Positions 25,363-33,526 of a DNA stretch of 35,446 nt are shown here, piece by piece. How positions within the stretch are numbered: the first letter of the stretch is position 1; the number at the start of each line of letters is the position of its first letter. The stretch is from an uncultured archaeon. Its GTDB lineage: Archaea > Aenigmatarchaeota > Aenigmatarchaeia > GW2011-AR5 > JAHLMP01. Position numbers and translations under genes: made by a program. The stretch spans positions 1 through 35,446 of the forward strand of contig CAZBKL010000002.1 of the NCBI GenBank assembly GCA_964492465.1. Direction: 5' to 3'. The notes beneath the pieces were generated by a model. It was given only the letters and a program-made list of their open reading frames with translations, did no database searches and was not told the origin of the DNA.

Positions 25363-25444
25363 AAGGCGGTTTCTGCAAAAGGCAATGATACTCTTCCCGC
25401 GCCATTAGAAACAAGGACAATTATGACCAAAGGTGTTTCTGCAT

Positions 25445-27703
25445 TTAATCATTTTTTCTTGGATTTTTAATAGGTATCCTGAAGCTGAACTCGCTCCCCT
25501 TTCCAAGTTCGCTCTTAAACCATATCTCACCGCTCATGGCTTTTACATATTCTTTCGAGAGAGCAAGCCCAAGCCCTGTGCCGCCAGCTTTCCTTGTGTA
25601 TGACGAGTCAACCTGAAAGAACCTTTCAAAGAGCCTTTTCTGGTCTTTTTCTGCTATCCCTATTCCCGTGTCCTTAACGCTAAAAATGACAAAGCCATTT
25701 TCTACGTGCACTTTCATAGTTATGGTCCCCTTTGGTGTATATTTTACAGCATTGTTGATGAGATTGAGCAGGACTTCTATAAGCCTGTCTTTGTCAGTGA
25801 AAATTTTGGGCAGATCCTTTTCTATATCCTGTTCCAGTTCCATATTCTTCTCCTTTGCAAGCATAGCAGCTTCTTTCATCACATCTTCCATAAGCATGTT
25901 AAGATCGGTTTCTTCTTCGTTAAGCTTGAATGTGCCCAGATCTATTCTCGAGAGGTCCAGTATGTCTGTGACGAGTTTTGCAAGCCTGTTGGTTTCCTTG
26001 TCCACTATTTTCAGGTACTTGCCCCTTTTCTCATCATTTTTTATTATGTCTTTGTCTTGCAGGAGCTGCGAAAAGCCATGGATAGAAGTAAGCGGTGTCT
26101 TGAGCTCATGGGCGGCGACTGATATAAATTCATCTTTTTTCTTGTCCATCTCCTTCAGCTTTTCAAGATTAATCTTGAGTTCTCCGTGCGTTTTTATAAG
26201 CTCTTTGTTTGCCTCATCCGAATCTTCCATCATGTTGAGAATCGCAGTCTGTATGTCATTCAGTTCTTTTACCTTTGATTCCAGTTCTGCTGTCCGCTCA
26301 GCAACCTGCTTTTCAAGGGTTTTGCTGTATTCTTCAAGCTTTTTCCTAGATTCTTTCAGATCTGTAGTCATCTCGCTGAAAGAGGATGCAAGCTGACCTA
26401 TTTCATTGCTTGATTTTATATCGGGTTTTATATCAAAATTGCCTCTGGATATTTCCTTGATGTTTTCTGTCAATTTTTGAATAGGCTTGACCATACGGTT
26501 AGTGTACAGAACACCGAGAAGCCATGCCACCATGATAATAGCCAAGCCCGTGGGCAAAATGTAAAGGTAAATCATCCTCTGTTCAGACTCCTCTACTTTT
26601 TTTTGCATATCACTGACAGCCTTCAGTACAACCTCCTTTTCCACGACAATGCCAAGGCTGAACCCTGTGCTTTTCAGGGGTGCATATGCAACGTAGAGTT
26701 CTTTATTGTCCAGGCTCATGTTCTGAAAACCGGAAAGACCGCTTTTCATTTTGTTTATGACGGGACCGAATTCATTTGTGATATTGCTGAGATTGGTGCG
26801 CGACTCATTTGCACTGCGAATTCTGCCAAACATATCTTTGTATGCCTGTTCCGGAAGCGCGATAGAATATCTTTCTTTGTCTATAAGGAATGCGTAAGAA
26901 TGTTCTATAGGATTATATTCTTCGATGTTTTTTATTATGGCTTTCAGAGTTACATCAATGCCCAACACACCATAAAATCCTTTTTTAGTATAAATTGGCG
27001 CTGATGTAGTTATCATGAGCCCCTGCCCTGCAGGATCGTCATACACGGGCGTCCATACAACCGTTTTATTGGGGTTATTCTCAGGATTGGCAATTGCGAC
27101 AAAGACCTCTTCGATAAATTTTTCGTCCGGGGGCGCTATATTTCCAAGACCGATGTTGGGGTAGTACCGTGCATAGTATTCTGACTTATTTACAATGCCC
27201 ACAATCCAGATTGCAACAGCATTTGGCTCGTTTTGAAGCGACATGGGAAATACGTTGTCAAGATATGCGCTTAGCTCCGCGCCTTTTTTCAGGTCATCGG
27301 TGATATCAATATGATTTGGTATGAATAACGAAGAGGTTTCGTTCATGCCGTTAAGGTGTTGTCCATGCTCGCCAACAAAAACATGTTCATCAAATTTCCA
27401 ATAATTTTCTATTGCAAATGCGTCAGGATTATCAAACACATTTTTTGCATATGCCGCTACACTACTCGCATCCTTCCATATATTGTCAAAGACCATATCA
27501 TTTTTGTCAGCCGCCTGTTGTGTAAGCTGCAGCAGGAAATTCTCTGACTGGGAACTCAAGACAGAAGAAGTAATCTGCCTAGCTTCGTATCCCGTATTTG
27601 TGATCGAAACGGTGCCTATATATGCAGTGATGCCTATTGACACTGCAATAAGAATCAGTAGAAAAGCTATCATTTCTGTTTTAATGCTTTGCTTAATCTT
27701 CAT
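25445..27703 (-). CDS. Sensor histidine kinase: TM - dCache - TM - HAMP - coiled coil - HisKA - HATPase_c
   Basis: 752 aa. dCache-like LMITTSAPIYTKKGFYGVLGIDVTL, HAMP NRMVKPIQKLTENIKEISRGNFD, H-box FISVAAHELKTPLTSI, N box LLNLINNAVKYT, G boxes VKDTGIGI and GGTGLGLA. Confidence 0.92.
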   Translation of the reverse strand: MKIKQSIKTEMIAFLLILIAVSIGITAYIGTVSITNTGYEARQITSSVLSSQSENFLLQLTQQAADKNDMVFDNIWKDASSVAAYAKNVFDNPDAFAIENYWKFDEHVFVGEHGQHLNGMNETSSLFIPNHIDITDDLKKGAELSAYLDNVFPMSLQNEPNAVAIWIVGIVNKSEYYARYYPNIGLGNIAPPDEKFIEEVFVAIANPENNPNKTVVWTPVYDDPAGQGLMITTSAPIYTKKGFYGVLGIDVTLKAIIKNIEEYNPIEHSYAFLIDKERYSIALPEQAYKDMFGRIRSANESRTNLSNITNEFGPVINKMKSGLSGFQNMSLDNKELYVAYAPLKSTGFSLGIVVEKEVVLKAVSDMQKKVEESEQRMIYLYILPTGLAIIMVAWLLGVLYTNRMVKPIQKLTENIKEISRGNFDIKPDIKSSNEIGQLASSFSEMTTDLKESRKKLEEYSKTLEKQVAERTAELESKVKELNDIQTAILNMMEDSDEANKELIKTHGELKINLEKLKEMDKKKDEFISVAAHELKTPLTSIHGFSQLLQDKDIIKNDEKRGKYLKIVDKETNRLAKLVTDILDLSRIDLGTFKLNEEETDLNMLMEDVMKEAAMLAKEKNMELEQDIEKDLPKIFTDKDRLIEVLLNLINNAVKYTPKGTITMKVHVENGFVIFSVKDTGIGIAEKDQKRLFERFFQVDSSYTRKAGGTGLGLALSKEYVKAMSGEIWFKSELGKGSEFSFRIPIKNPRKND

Positions 27704-27707
27704 CTAA

Positions 27708-28208
27708 TCACTTATTTTTGCTTTCCATCTCTTCGGCCCTCTTTTTCATCTCAGCCATCTTCAGTTCCCTGCCGACTGCAAGCTTCCTGAACTTCTCAAG
27801 TTCCACGACCTTTGATTCCAGTTCCTTCTTGAGCTTTTCCAAGTCATTTGTCCGCTCTCTTACGGCTGACTCTATTTCGTCACTTCTTTTTTTCAAATCC
27901 TCGGTAGCTTTTTTGCTCTCATGTATCTTCCTGATGCTTGAAAGCGACAGCGAAACGACCAGAAATACATATATGGCCCCAAAGCAGTATATCGCACTTA
28001 TCATAAGCTTGTCATCAAGCTGTATGTTTGAGATTTCAACAAATATTTGAAATATATAACCTACAAAAAAGAAGAGCGTGAGCAGGGACAAAATTATCCA
28101 GTATTTTTTCGTGCTCCCCTCCTCAGTGATTTTTATAATGCCCATGTACTTGAAGAAGGATAAAATAAAAACTGCCGCCCCAATTCCGATTAAAATTACA
28201 TTTATCAT
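27708..28208 (-). CDS. Small membrane protein (about 4 TM) ending in a signalling-type coiled coil with no output domain
   Basis: 166 aa. The C-terminus is ...VRERTNDLEKLKKELESKVVELEKFRKLAVGRELKMAEMKKRAEEMESKNK. Its start overlaps the upstream gene by 4 nt, and its stop is 4 nt from the HK start. Confidence 0.6.
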   Translation of the reverse strand: MINVILIGIGAAVFILSFFKYMGIIKITEEGSTKKYWIILSLLTLFFFVGYIFQIFVEISNIQLDDKLMISAIYCFGAIYVFLVVSLSLSSIRKIHESKKATEDLKKRSDEIESAVRERTNDLEKLKKELESKVVELEKFRKLAVGRELKMAEMKKRAEEMESKNK

Positions 28209-29107
28209 TTTTTAACACCTTTCTCCAGCTCTTCGATCCTCTTCTTCAGCTCAATCATTTTCAGTTCCCTGCCCACGGAAAGCTTTGTAAACTTCTCGAG
28301 TTCAACAACCTTGCCTTTAAGCATCTCTTCCATTTTTTTACTGTCCTCGATGTCCATTACCATTCCTGAGAGTATGTCTCCGTCGATGGTGGCGCTTATC
28401 ACGACATTTTTTACCTCCCCGTTTTTTGTGATAAACTCAGTCTCAAAACTGCTTACCTTCCCGTTTTTTTTCAATTCTTCCAGGAATCTTGCCCTGTCGG
28501 CCGGGTTTTTGTATATCGAGACGACTTCTTTGTTTTTCATCTCATCATAATTTTCAAATCCGAGCAATTTTGCCAGTGCGTCATTGGTAAAAAGGAACTT
28601 TCCGTCCGCAGTCGTTTTGTAAATGCCGATAAGGGAATTGTCAACAAGTCCCCTGTACTTCTTCTCTGATTTTGCCACTTCTTCTTCTGCCTTCTTCCGT
28701 TTGGTTATGTCATGGGAAATCCCTATCATCGAAGTCACTTCGCCGGAACTGTTTTTTACAGGAGAAAGCCTGATTTCGACCCAATAATCTTCGCCCGAAG
28801 TTTCGTGTATCTCGCTATATAACGGCTCGCCTTTCTCAAAGACTTTTTCTATGCCATTCTGGAGAAATTTCAGGCTTTCCTGCGGGAATATGTTCTTGAT
28901 GTCTATGCAGACATTTGCGTCTTTTTTCAGCTTGAATCCCTTGGCAGCCGCAGAATTGACAAACGTGATGCATCTGCTCTTGTCAATCAGGTATATTTTG
29001 TCTGTTATCGATTCAGCCAGCGTCCTGTAAAGCTCCTCGCTCTTTTTGATTTTTTCCTCGCCATTTTTTTGTTCTGTAATATCTCTTGCGCTAATCATGG
29101 TGTTCAT
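28205..29107 (-). CDS. Cytoplasmic tandem PAS/PAC sensor protein ending in the same coiled-coil motif, with no output domain
   Basis: 300 aa. Two PAS/PAC units (SEELYRTLAESITDKIYLID..., ISHDITKRKKAEEEV..., EKKYRGLVDNSLIGIY...). The C-terminus is KGKVVELEKFTKLSVGRELKMIELKKRIEELEKGVKK. Confidence 0.8.
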   Translation of the reverse strand: MNTMISARDITEQKNGEEKIKKSEELYRTLAESITDKIYLIDKSRCITFVNSAAAKGFKLKKDANVCIDIKNIFPQESLKFLQNGIEKVFEKGEPLYSEIHETSGEDYWVEIRLSPVKNSSGEVTSMIGISHDITKRKKAEEEVAKSEKKYRGLVDNSLIGIYKTTADGKFLFTNDALAKLLGFENYDEMKNKEVVSIYKNPADRARFLEELKKNGKVSSFETEFITKNGEVKNVVISATIDGDILSGMVMDIEDSKKMEEMLKGKVVELEKFTKLSVGRELKMIELKKRIEELEKGVKK

Positions 29108-29128
29108 CTTTTTTCAAAGGCAGAAATC

Positions 29129-29410
29129 ATGATTGTGAAGAACCGCTGGTCAATAGACCTTGGCTCTTACACGCCGCAAACCACCAGTCTGCACATTAGG
29201 AATGACATTGTCATTCCTATGCATGAGAATATAAAGTATTCCCAATGGGCTGGTGGCATTGCTACGTATAAAAATTATATTTCCTGGCTTATATACAGCG
29301 CTGCATTTATATTTAAGCTGCATATGTTTAAACCTCGGCAGGAGCAAAATTTTTCAAAAATCCCGAAATTAAAAAATATTATTAGCCTGAAAAACAAGAG
29401 CTTAGCATGA
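29129..29410 (+). CDS. Possible small ORF translationally coupled (ATGA overlap) to the archaeosortase-like gene; very uncertain
   Basis: 93 codons from ATG 29129. Its stop TGA at 29408-29410 overlaps the ATG at 29407. The region also carries an antisense ORF (29150..29347), so it may simply be a 300-nt divergent promoter region. Confidence 0.2.
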   Translation: MIVKNRWSIDLGSYTPQTTSLHIRNDIVIPMHENIKYSQWAGGIATYKNYISWLIYSAAFIFKLHMFKPRQEQNFSKIPKLKNIISLKNKSLA

Positions 29411-29979
29411 AAAAGCGCAAGAATCTGGCTGAAAAAAAATATAAAAACAGCAAGATGCTGAAAAAGGTCCTGAAATTCCTAATTCTCTTCAACATCTTTT
29501 CCATACCGCTTTACATAATTCTGCTGACAGGATACAGCTTCCCGCCTCTCCAGTTCGCGACAGCGCAGGCTGTTGATTCTTTTCTCAATGCTTTTGGAAT
29601 AAAAAGCCAACTCAGTGGCTTGATAATATCTGTGCCTGAGCCTTCAGGAAGCTTTGCCGGACATATAAGCTGGGACTGCACAGGTTGGAAATCCATGCTC
29701 GCATTTGCAGCTCTGGTTCTGGCAACAGATGCCAAAAGAAACAAGAAGCTGCTTGGGCTGGCGCTGATTCCAATAATATATGCATTTAACATATTCAGGG
29801 TGACATCTGTCTTTGCCCTTGTTTCAATCTTCGGTGCCCAATACTTCCCGACAATCCATGCCATAATGTTCAGCTTTGCCATGGTGGCGTTCATCCTGCT
29901 GCTCTGGGTGGCGTGGCTGAAGCATGTCAATGTCTATGATACTCGCTCAAAGAAGCCCAAGAAGAAGAAAAATAAATAA
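29407..29979 (+). CDS. Exosortase/archaeosortase-family transpeptidase (short form)
   Basis: 190 aa, polytopic. Candidate catalytic triad: ISWDCTGWKSM (Cys), AFNIFRVTS (Arg), PTIHAIMF (His). Basic C-terminal tail. Confidence 0.7.
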   Translation: MKKRKNLAEKKYKNSKMLKKVLKFLILFNIFSIPLYIILLTGYSFPPLQFATAQAVDSFLNAFGIKSQLSGLIISVPEPSGSFAGHISWDCTGWKSMLAFAALVLATDAKRNKKLLGLALIPIIYAFNIFRVTSVFALVSIFGAQYFPTIHAIMFSFAMVAFILLLWVAWLKHVNVYDTRSKKPKKKKNK

Positions 29980-30840
29980 AATAGAAAAGGGTAGCGATAT
30001 TGAAATAAGATTTGCCGCATATCTGGTATCAAGCTTGTTATCTTTTGCAAAAATTATTGTGATTATGCTAGTTGGCAGAGATGCTCCCACGATCACCGCT
30101 ATTCTTTCCAGTCCGCTGAGACCGAAAAGAAATGAAACTAAAAGACCCAGAGCCAAGCCTGAGAATGCTTTAAGCAGCATAGCAAGAAAAGGCAACTTCA
30201 GAGAGGATTTTGTTGGCTCAAACTCCAAAGCAACCAGCAGCATCACGAGGACTATTGTTCCGCTTCCTATGATGCCAAAAAGATTTGACAGGAAATCGTT
30301 CCTGAATCCGCTGATGTTTAGCAAAACTCCTAATATTATTGCCCATATAAGCGGGGTTTTGAAAACACTTGAAATGCTATGAAAAATGTCAGATGACTTT
30401 TTTCCAAGAATATTCGCAAGTGTGTATATCACGATAAACTCAAAGAAAATATTAGCAGCGTCAAATATCACTATTCTCGACAGCCCAATCTTACCAAAAG
30501 CTGCGAGCATGAAAGCATATCCTATTGTGCCTATCTCGAGTGTCGGAAAAGTTATTATGAAAGAGGCAAAAGTCTTTCCCTTTAGCCTTAAAACCTGAGC
30601 TGAAAAATATCCTATGAAAAGAAGAGAGGCTACGATGATTATTGCTGAAAGCGGGATGAAGAAAAGGCTGTATTCAAAACTCATGCTCCATATAGCATCT
30701 ATTATTATCGCCGGAACCACGATGTTCAGAATCAGCCTGCTTAAAACCCCGGAATCTTCTTTTTTCAATATTTTGAATTTTTTCAGCAAAAATCCGATAA
30801 TAAATATGACAATTATAGGCAGTACCTTTTCAAGAACCAT
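29947..30840 (-). CDS. AEC-family (auxin efflux carrier-like) membrane transporter
   Basis: 297 aa, about 9-10 TM. The N-terminus MVLEKVLPIIVIFIIGFLLKKFKILKKEDSGVLSRLILNIVVPAII is typical of AEC/Mem_trans proteins. Confidence 0.8.
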   Translation of the reverse strand: MVLEKVLPIIVIFIIGFLLKKFKILKKEDSGVLSRLILNIVVPAIIIDAIWSMSFEYSLFFIPLSAIIIVASLLFIGYFSAQVLRLKGKTFASFIITFPTLEIGTIGYAFMLAAFGKIGLSRIVIFDAANIFFEFIVIYTLANILGKKSSDIFHSISSVFKTPLIWAIILGVLLNISGFRNDFLSNLFGIIGSGTIVLVMLLVALEFEPTKSSLKLPFLAMLLKAFSGLALGLLVSFLFGLSGLERIAVIVGASLPTSIITIIFAKDNKLDTRYAANLISISLPFSILFIFLLLGLL

Positions 30841-30897
30841 ATCTATTATTTTACGAGCAACTTATAAATCCTATGCGCAATTATAACTTTAGCAATC

Positions 30898-31097
30898 GGG
30901 CCCATGGTCTAACGGCATGACGCTACCTCGGCATGGTAGAGGTTGCGGGTTCAAAACGGTTTTTCTTTCTTTACCGAGAAAGAAACCCCGTCGTATGCTC
31001 GAAATGCAAAAGCATTTCGGCACCTTAAGAAAGCTCTGCTTTCTGCAGGAAAGAAAAAGCAAAGACGGTAAAGTCGATGAAAATCCCGCTGGGTCCA
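30898..31097 (+). tRNA. tRNA-Ala (anticodon GGC) interrupted by a ~128-nt insert in the T-loop; no encoded CCA
   Basis: 5' part, 30898-30955: GGGCCCA TG GTCT AACGGCA TGAC G CTACC TCGGCAT GGTAG AGGTT GCGGG TTCAAA. 3' part, 31084-31097: T CCCGC TGGGTCC A. Joined, they give a 72-nt cloverleaf with G3:U70 and A73 (alanine identity), G18G19 and a T-loop TTCAAAT. ORF 30889..31368(-) is spurious. Confidence 0.75.
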
Positions 31098-31113
31098 TAT
31101 TTAATTGATTTGT

Positions 31114-31386
31114 ATGATGAAGCGCTTCCATATTTTTATTTCCGGCCAGGTTCAGGGCGTCAATTACCGCTCTTTCACAAAGAAATGCGCAATGCTTCTG
31201 GAAATAAAGGGCTTTGCCAGGAACCTTCCAGACGGCAGAGTCGAGCTCGTGGTCGAAGGCCAGGAGCATGACCTCAAAGAATTCCTCGCAAAGCTGCGTG
31301 TGGGTCCCGATGCAGCTTCTGTTGAAGCTTTGACAAAGGAAGATGAAGAATTCAAAAACGAGTTTCATTCTTTTGAAATATTATGA
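31114..31386 (+). CDS. acyP: Acylphosphatase
   Basis: From ATG 31114: MMKRFHIFISGQVQGVNYRSFTKKCAMLLEIKGFARNLPDGRVELVVEGQEHDLKEF, which is the canonical V-x-G-x-VQGV-x-FR ... N-x-x-DG-x-VE pattern. Confidence 0.85.
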   Translation: MMKRFHIFISGQVQGVNYRSFTKKCAMLLEIKGFARNLPDGRVELVVEGQEHDLKEFLAKLRVGPDAASVEALTKEDEEFKNEFHSFEIL

Positions 31387-32442
31387 GGGCAGGCTTTTCG
31401 ACAACCATCTGGCTCCTGCTATCGGGATTTTATGGCTGCATTTCGGGCATTTGAAAGAATTGCCCTTTCTCAGCAGAGAAAACTTGCTTATGAAAAATCC
31501 TTCGCGCTTTATTAGCAGGGTTTTGCATTTTGGGCAGAATGTGCTTTCCCTGTCGCTGCTTATGTTGCCTGCATAAACATAATCCAGATAATCGTCTGCT
31601 ATTTTGATTGCCTTTTCTATTATGGCAGCAGGTGTAGCTGGAATATTCATCTTGTAAGCAGGATAATAAGCGGAAAAATGCAGTGGCACTTCCCTGCCAA
31701 GATTATCAGCTATCCATTTCAACATTTCAATTATCTGGTCCTTGCTGTCGTTCTTGCCAGGTATCAGCAGATTGGCTATCTCTATCCATACTCCAAGCTT
31801 GCGGTACTCTTTCATAGCTTCCAGAACCGGCTCTAATCTGGCTGAGCAAATTTCCTGGTAAAATTTATCATCGCCTTTGTAATCAACATTTGCTGCGTCA
31901 AGAAGCTTGGAGGCCTCCCTGACTACAGGGATGTTTGTGAAGCCGTTTGTGACCCATACCTGGTAGAATTTCCTCTTTATGTCAAACATTGCCGTGTCAA
32001 AGAAGTACTCAAAAAACATTGTGGGCTCTGTGTATGTCCAGCTCATGCCTGCAGTTTCTGACTTCACTGCAGAATCAAACAGCTCTTTTGGCAAAATATC
32101 TTCGCCGACTATCTTATGATAGAGCTTAGGATATTGTGATATTTCCCAGTTCTGGCAGTGCAGGCAGGAGAGATTGCATCCCATTGTTGATATCGATATC
32201 GTCCTTGAGCCGGGGGCAAAATGAAATAGCGGCTTTTTCTCAATCGGGTCAACTGCCACAGAGCACGGCTTTCCATAAACAAGCGAGCGGAGCTTGCCTG
32301 AAATATTCTTGCGGACGCCGCATTTGCCGATGCTATTTTCAGGCAAAAAGCAGAAGTGCGGACATAGCTGGCACTGGACTCCGGATTCTTTTTTTTCATA
32401 GAAAGAGGCTTCTTTCAGCTCGGGCATAAAATAAGATGGCAT
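31381..32442 (-). CDS. AmmeMemoRadiSam-type radical SAM enzyme (PFL-activase-like) with a C-terminal zinc ribbon
   Basis: From ATG 32442: MPSYFMPELKEASFYEKKESGVQCQLCPHFCFLPENSIGKCGVRKN. Radical SAM motif GCNLSCLHCQNW. C-terminal CPKC...CPKC. The longer track ORF (start 32523) would overlap the upstream gene. Confidence 0.8.
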   Translation of the reverse strand: MPSYFMPELKEASFYEKKESGVQCQLCPHFCFLPENSIGKCGVRKNISGKLRSLVYGKPCSVAVDPIEKKPLFHFAPGSRTISISTMGCNLSCLHCQNWEISQYPKLYHKIVGEDILPKELFDSAVKSETAGMSWTYTEPTMFFEYFFDTAMFDIKRKFYQVWVTNGFTNIPVVREASKLLDAANVDYKGDDKFYQEICSARLEPVLEAMKEYRKLGVWIEIANLLIPGKNDSKDQIIEMLKWIADNLGREVPLHFSAYYPAYKMNIPATPAAIIEKAIKIADDYLDYVYAGNISSDRESTFCPKCKTLLIKREGFFISKFSLLRKGNSFKCPKCSHKIPIAGARWLSKSLPS

Positions 32443-32468
32443 TTTGGTTAATAAAAGCAATTTAGAAA

Positions 32469-33491
32469 TCAGCCGCAGTTGCCGCTGGCTGCCTGGCCTG
32501 CGGTTGAAAGCGACTGGTTGCATTCAGACGGGGCTGTTGTGAACGCAGAGCAGACTGCTTGCTTGAAAGCATCAGAGTTTCGGGCTCCGCTGTACATGAC
32601 GCCGTTTATTATTATTGTAGGCGAGCCTGAGATGCCATTCTGTGCTGAGAGTGTTTCATCAACTTTCAGGAGCTCAAGCCCCTCGCTTCCGTAAGCGCAG
32701 GTTTCTATCTGAGAAACGTTGATGCCAAGTTTTGTTGAAGCGTTCTTCCAACATGCATCCATAACTGCAGAATCCCTGTAATTGGGATAGCAGTTTGTGT
32801 TTATGTCCATGAGATATGACCAGTATTTGCCAGGAGCGTATTTCATTATGCATACCTGGCGCAAATCTTCCTTGGCTTCCTCTAATCCATGCAGGGACTG
32901 CACAGAATTGGTGACATTTCCAGCTACAGAAGCTATGAACCTGACCTCGAAATCAGCTTTCTTGCCGAGCAAATCAGCAACAGGCTTCATAAGCTGCTCA
33001 GCCTGGACTCCGTAAGGACAGAATGACATCACATAAAGCTCCACAACAGGCGTTGCTGTCTTCGGCATTTCTGGTGCTTGCTGCTCTTCCTGGCTGGGAA
33101 TCTCTTGCGATGTATTTATGACTGAAACAAAGAGCATCTCGCAGTCTTTTGACATGTAAACAGGGATGGAAGCATTCTGGTAGTTTGTGGTTATCTCATA
33201 AACCCCAGCGACTTCCTTGACCTCTTCCAGAGAAGCTGATGTTCCCGGGCTCACTAGGTTCGTGTTGAGGAAATCTATTGCCTTTGTGCTGCACTCAGTG
33301 GCTGTCTTGAAAGCGCCAGCTTTTGGCATAGCGTAAGTGAAAGCAAAAAAGGCTATCAAAATTATAACAAGAATGGCAGTGGTGTGCATCCATATATTAG
33401 ATTTTTTTGCATGAACATGCTCGGCTCTGCTTTCAGCATGCTCTTCTCTTTGCTCAGAATTTTCTTTTTTGTGATGTTCGTGTTTGGGCAT
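32469..33491 (-). CDS. Membrane-anchored extracytoplasmic thioredoxin-fold (DsbA-like) thiol:disulfide oxidoreductase with a His-rich N-terminus
   Basis: 340 aa. MPKHEHHKKENSEQREEHAESRAEHVHAKK, then one TM segment, then VELYVMSFCPYGVQAE (CPYG redox motif) and GISGSPTIIINGVMYSG (DsbA-like cis-Pro loop). Confidence 0.7.
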   Translation of the reverse strand: MPKHEHHKKENSEQREEHAESRAEHVHAKKSNIWMHTTAILVIILIAFFAFTYAMPKAGAFKTATECSTKAIDFLNTNLVSPGTSASLEEVKEVAGVYEITTNYQNASIPVYMSKDCEMLFVSVINTSQEIPSQEEQQAPEMPKTATPVVELYVMSFCPYGVQAEQLMKPVADLLGKKADFEVRFIASVAGNVTNSVQSLHGLEEAKEDLRQVCIMKYAPGKYWSYLMDINTNCYPNYRDSAVMDACWKNASTKLGINVSQIETCAYGSEGLELLKVDETLSAQNGISGSPTIIINGVMYSGARNSDAFKQAVCSAFTTAPSECNQSLSTAGQAASGNCG

Positions 33492-33526
33492 GAATGCACC
33501 TGTTTTTACTATTAAGCATTTAAGGC

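Noticed and set aside
25369-25443. 9-nt direct repeat GTTTCTGCA flanking 57 nt between the convergent response-regulator and kinase genes
   Set aside because: It is too short to exclude chance, and no mobile-element features lie between the copies.
25668-26396. 242-aa plus-strand ORF (S/F/L-rich), and the overlapping ORF 25706..26122
   Set aside because: Both lie entirely antisense to the well-supported histidine kinase. The low-complexity Ser/Phe composition is the mirror image of the K/E-rich coiled coil.
29108-29347. 65-aa minus-strand ORF in the same frame as the PAS gene, considered as its lost N-terminal extension
   Set aside because: My translation of the 42-nt gap shows a second in-frame stop (PAVLHNHDFCL*KK), and the ORF has no PAS-like motifs. 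It is therefore not a simple single-stop pseudogene.
30889-31368. 159-aa minus-strand ORF
   Set aside because: It overlaps both tRNA-Ala halves and is antisense to the acylphosphatase gene, which has canonical motifs.
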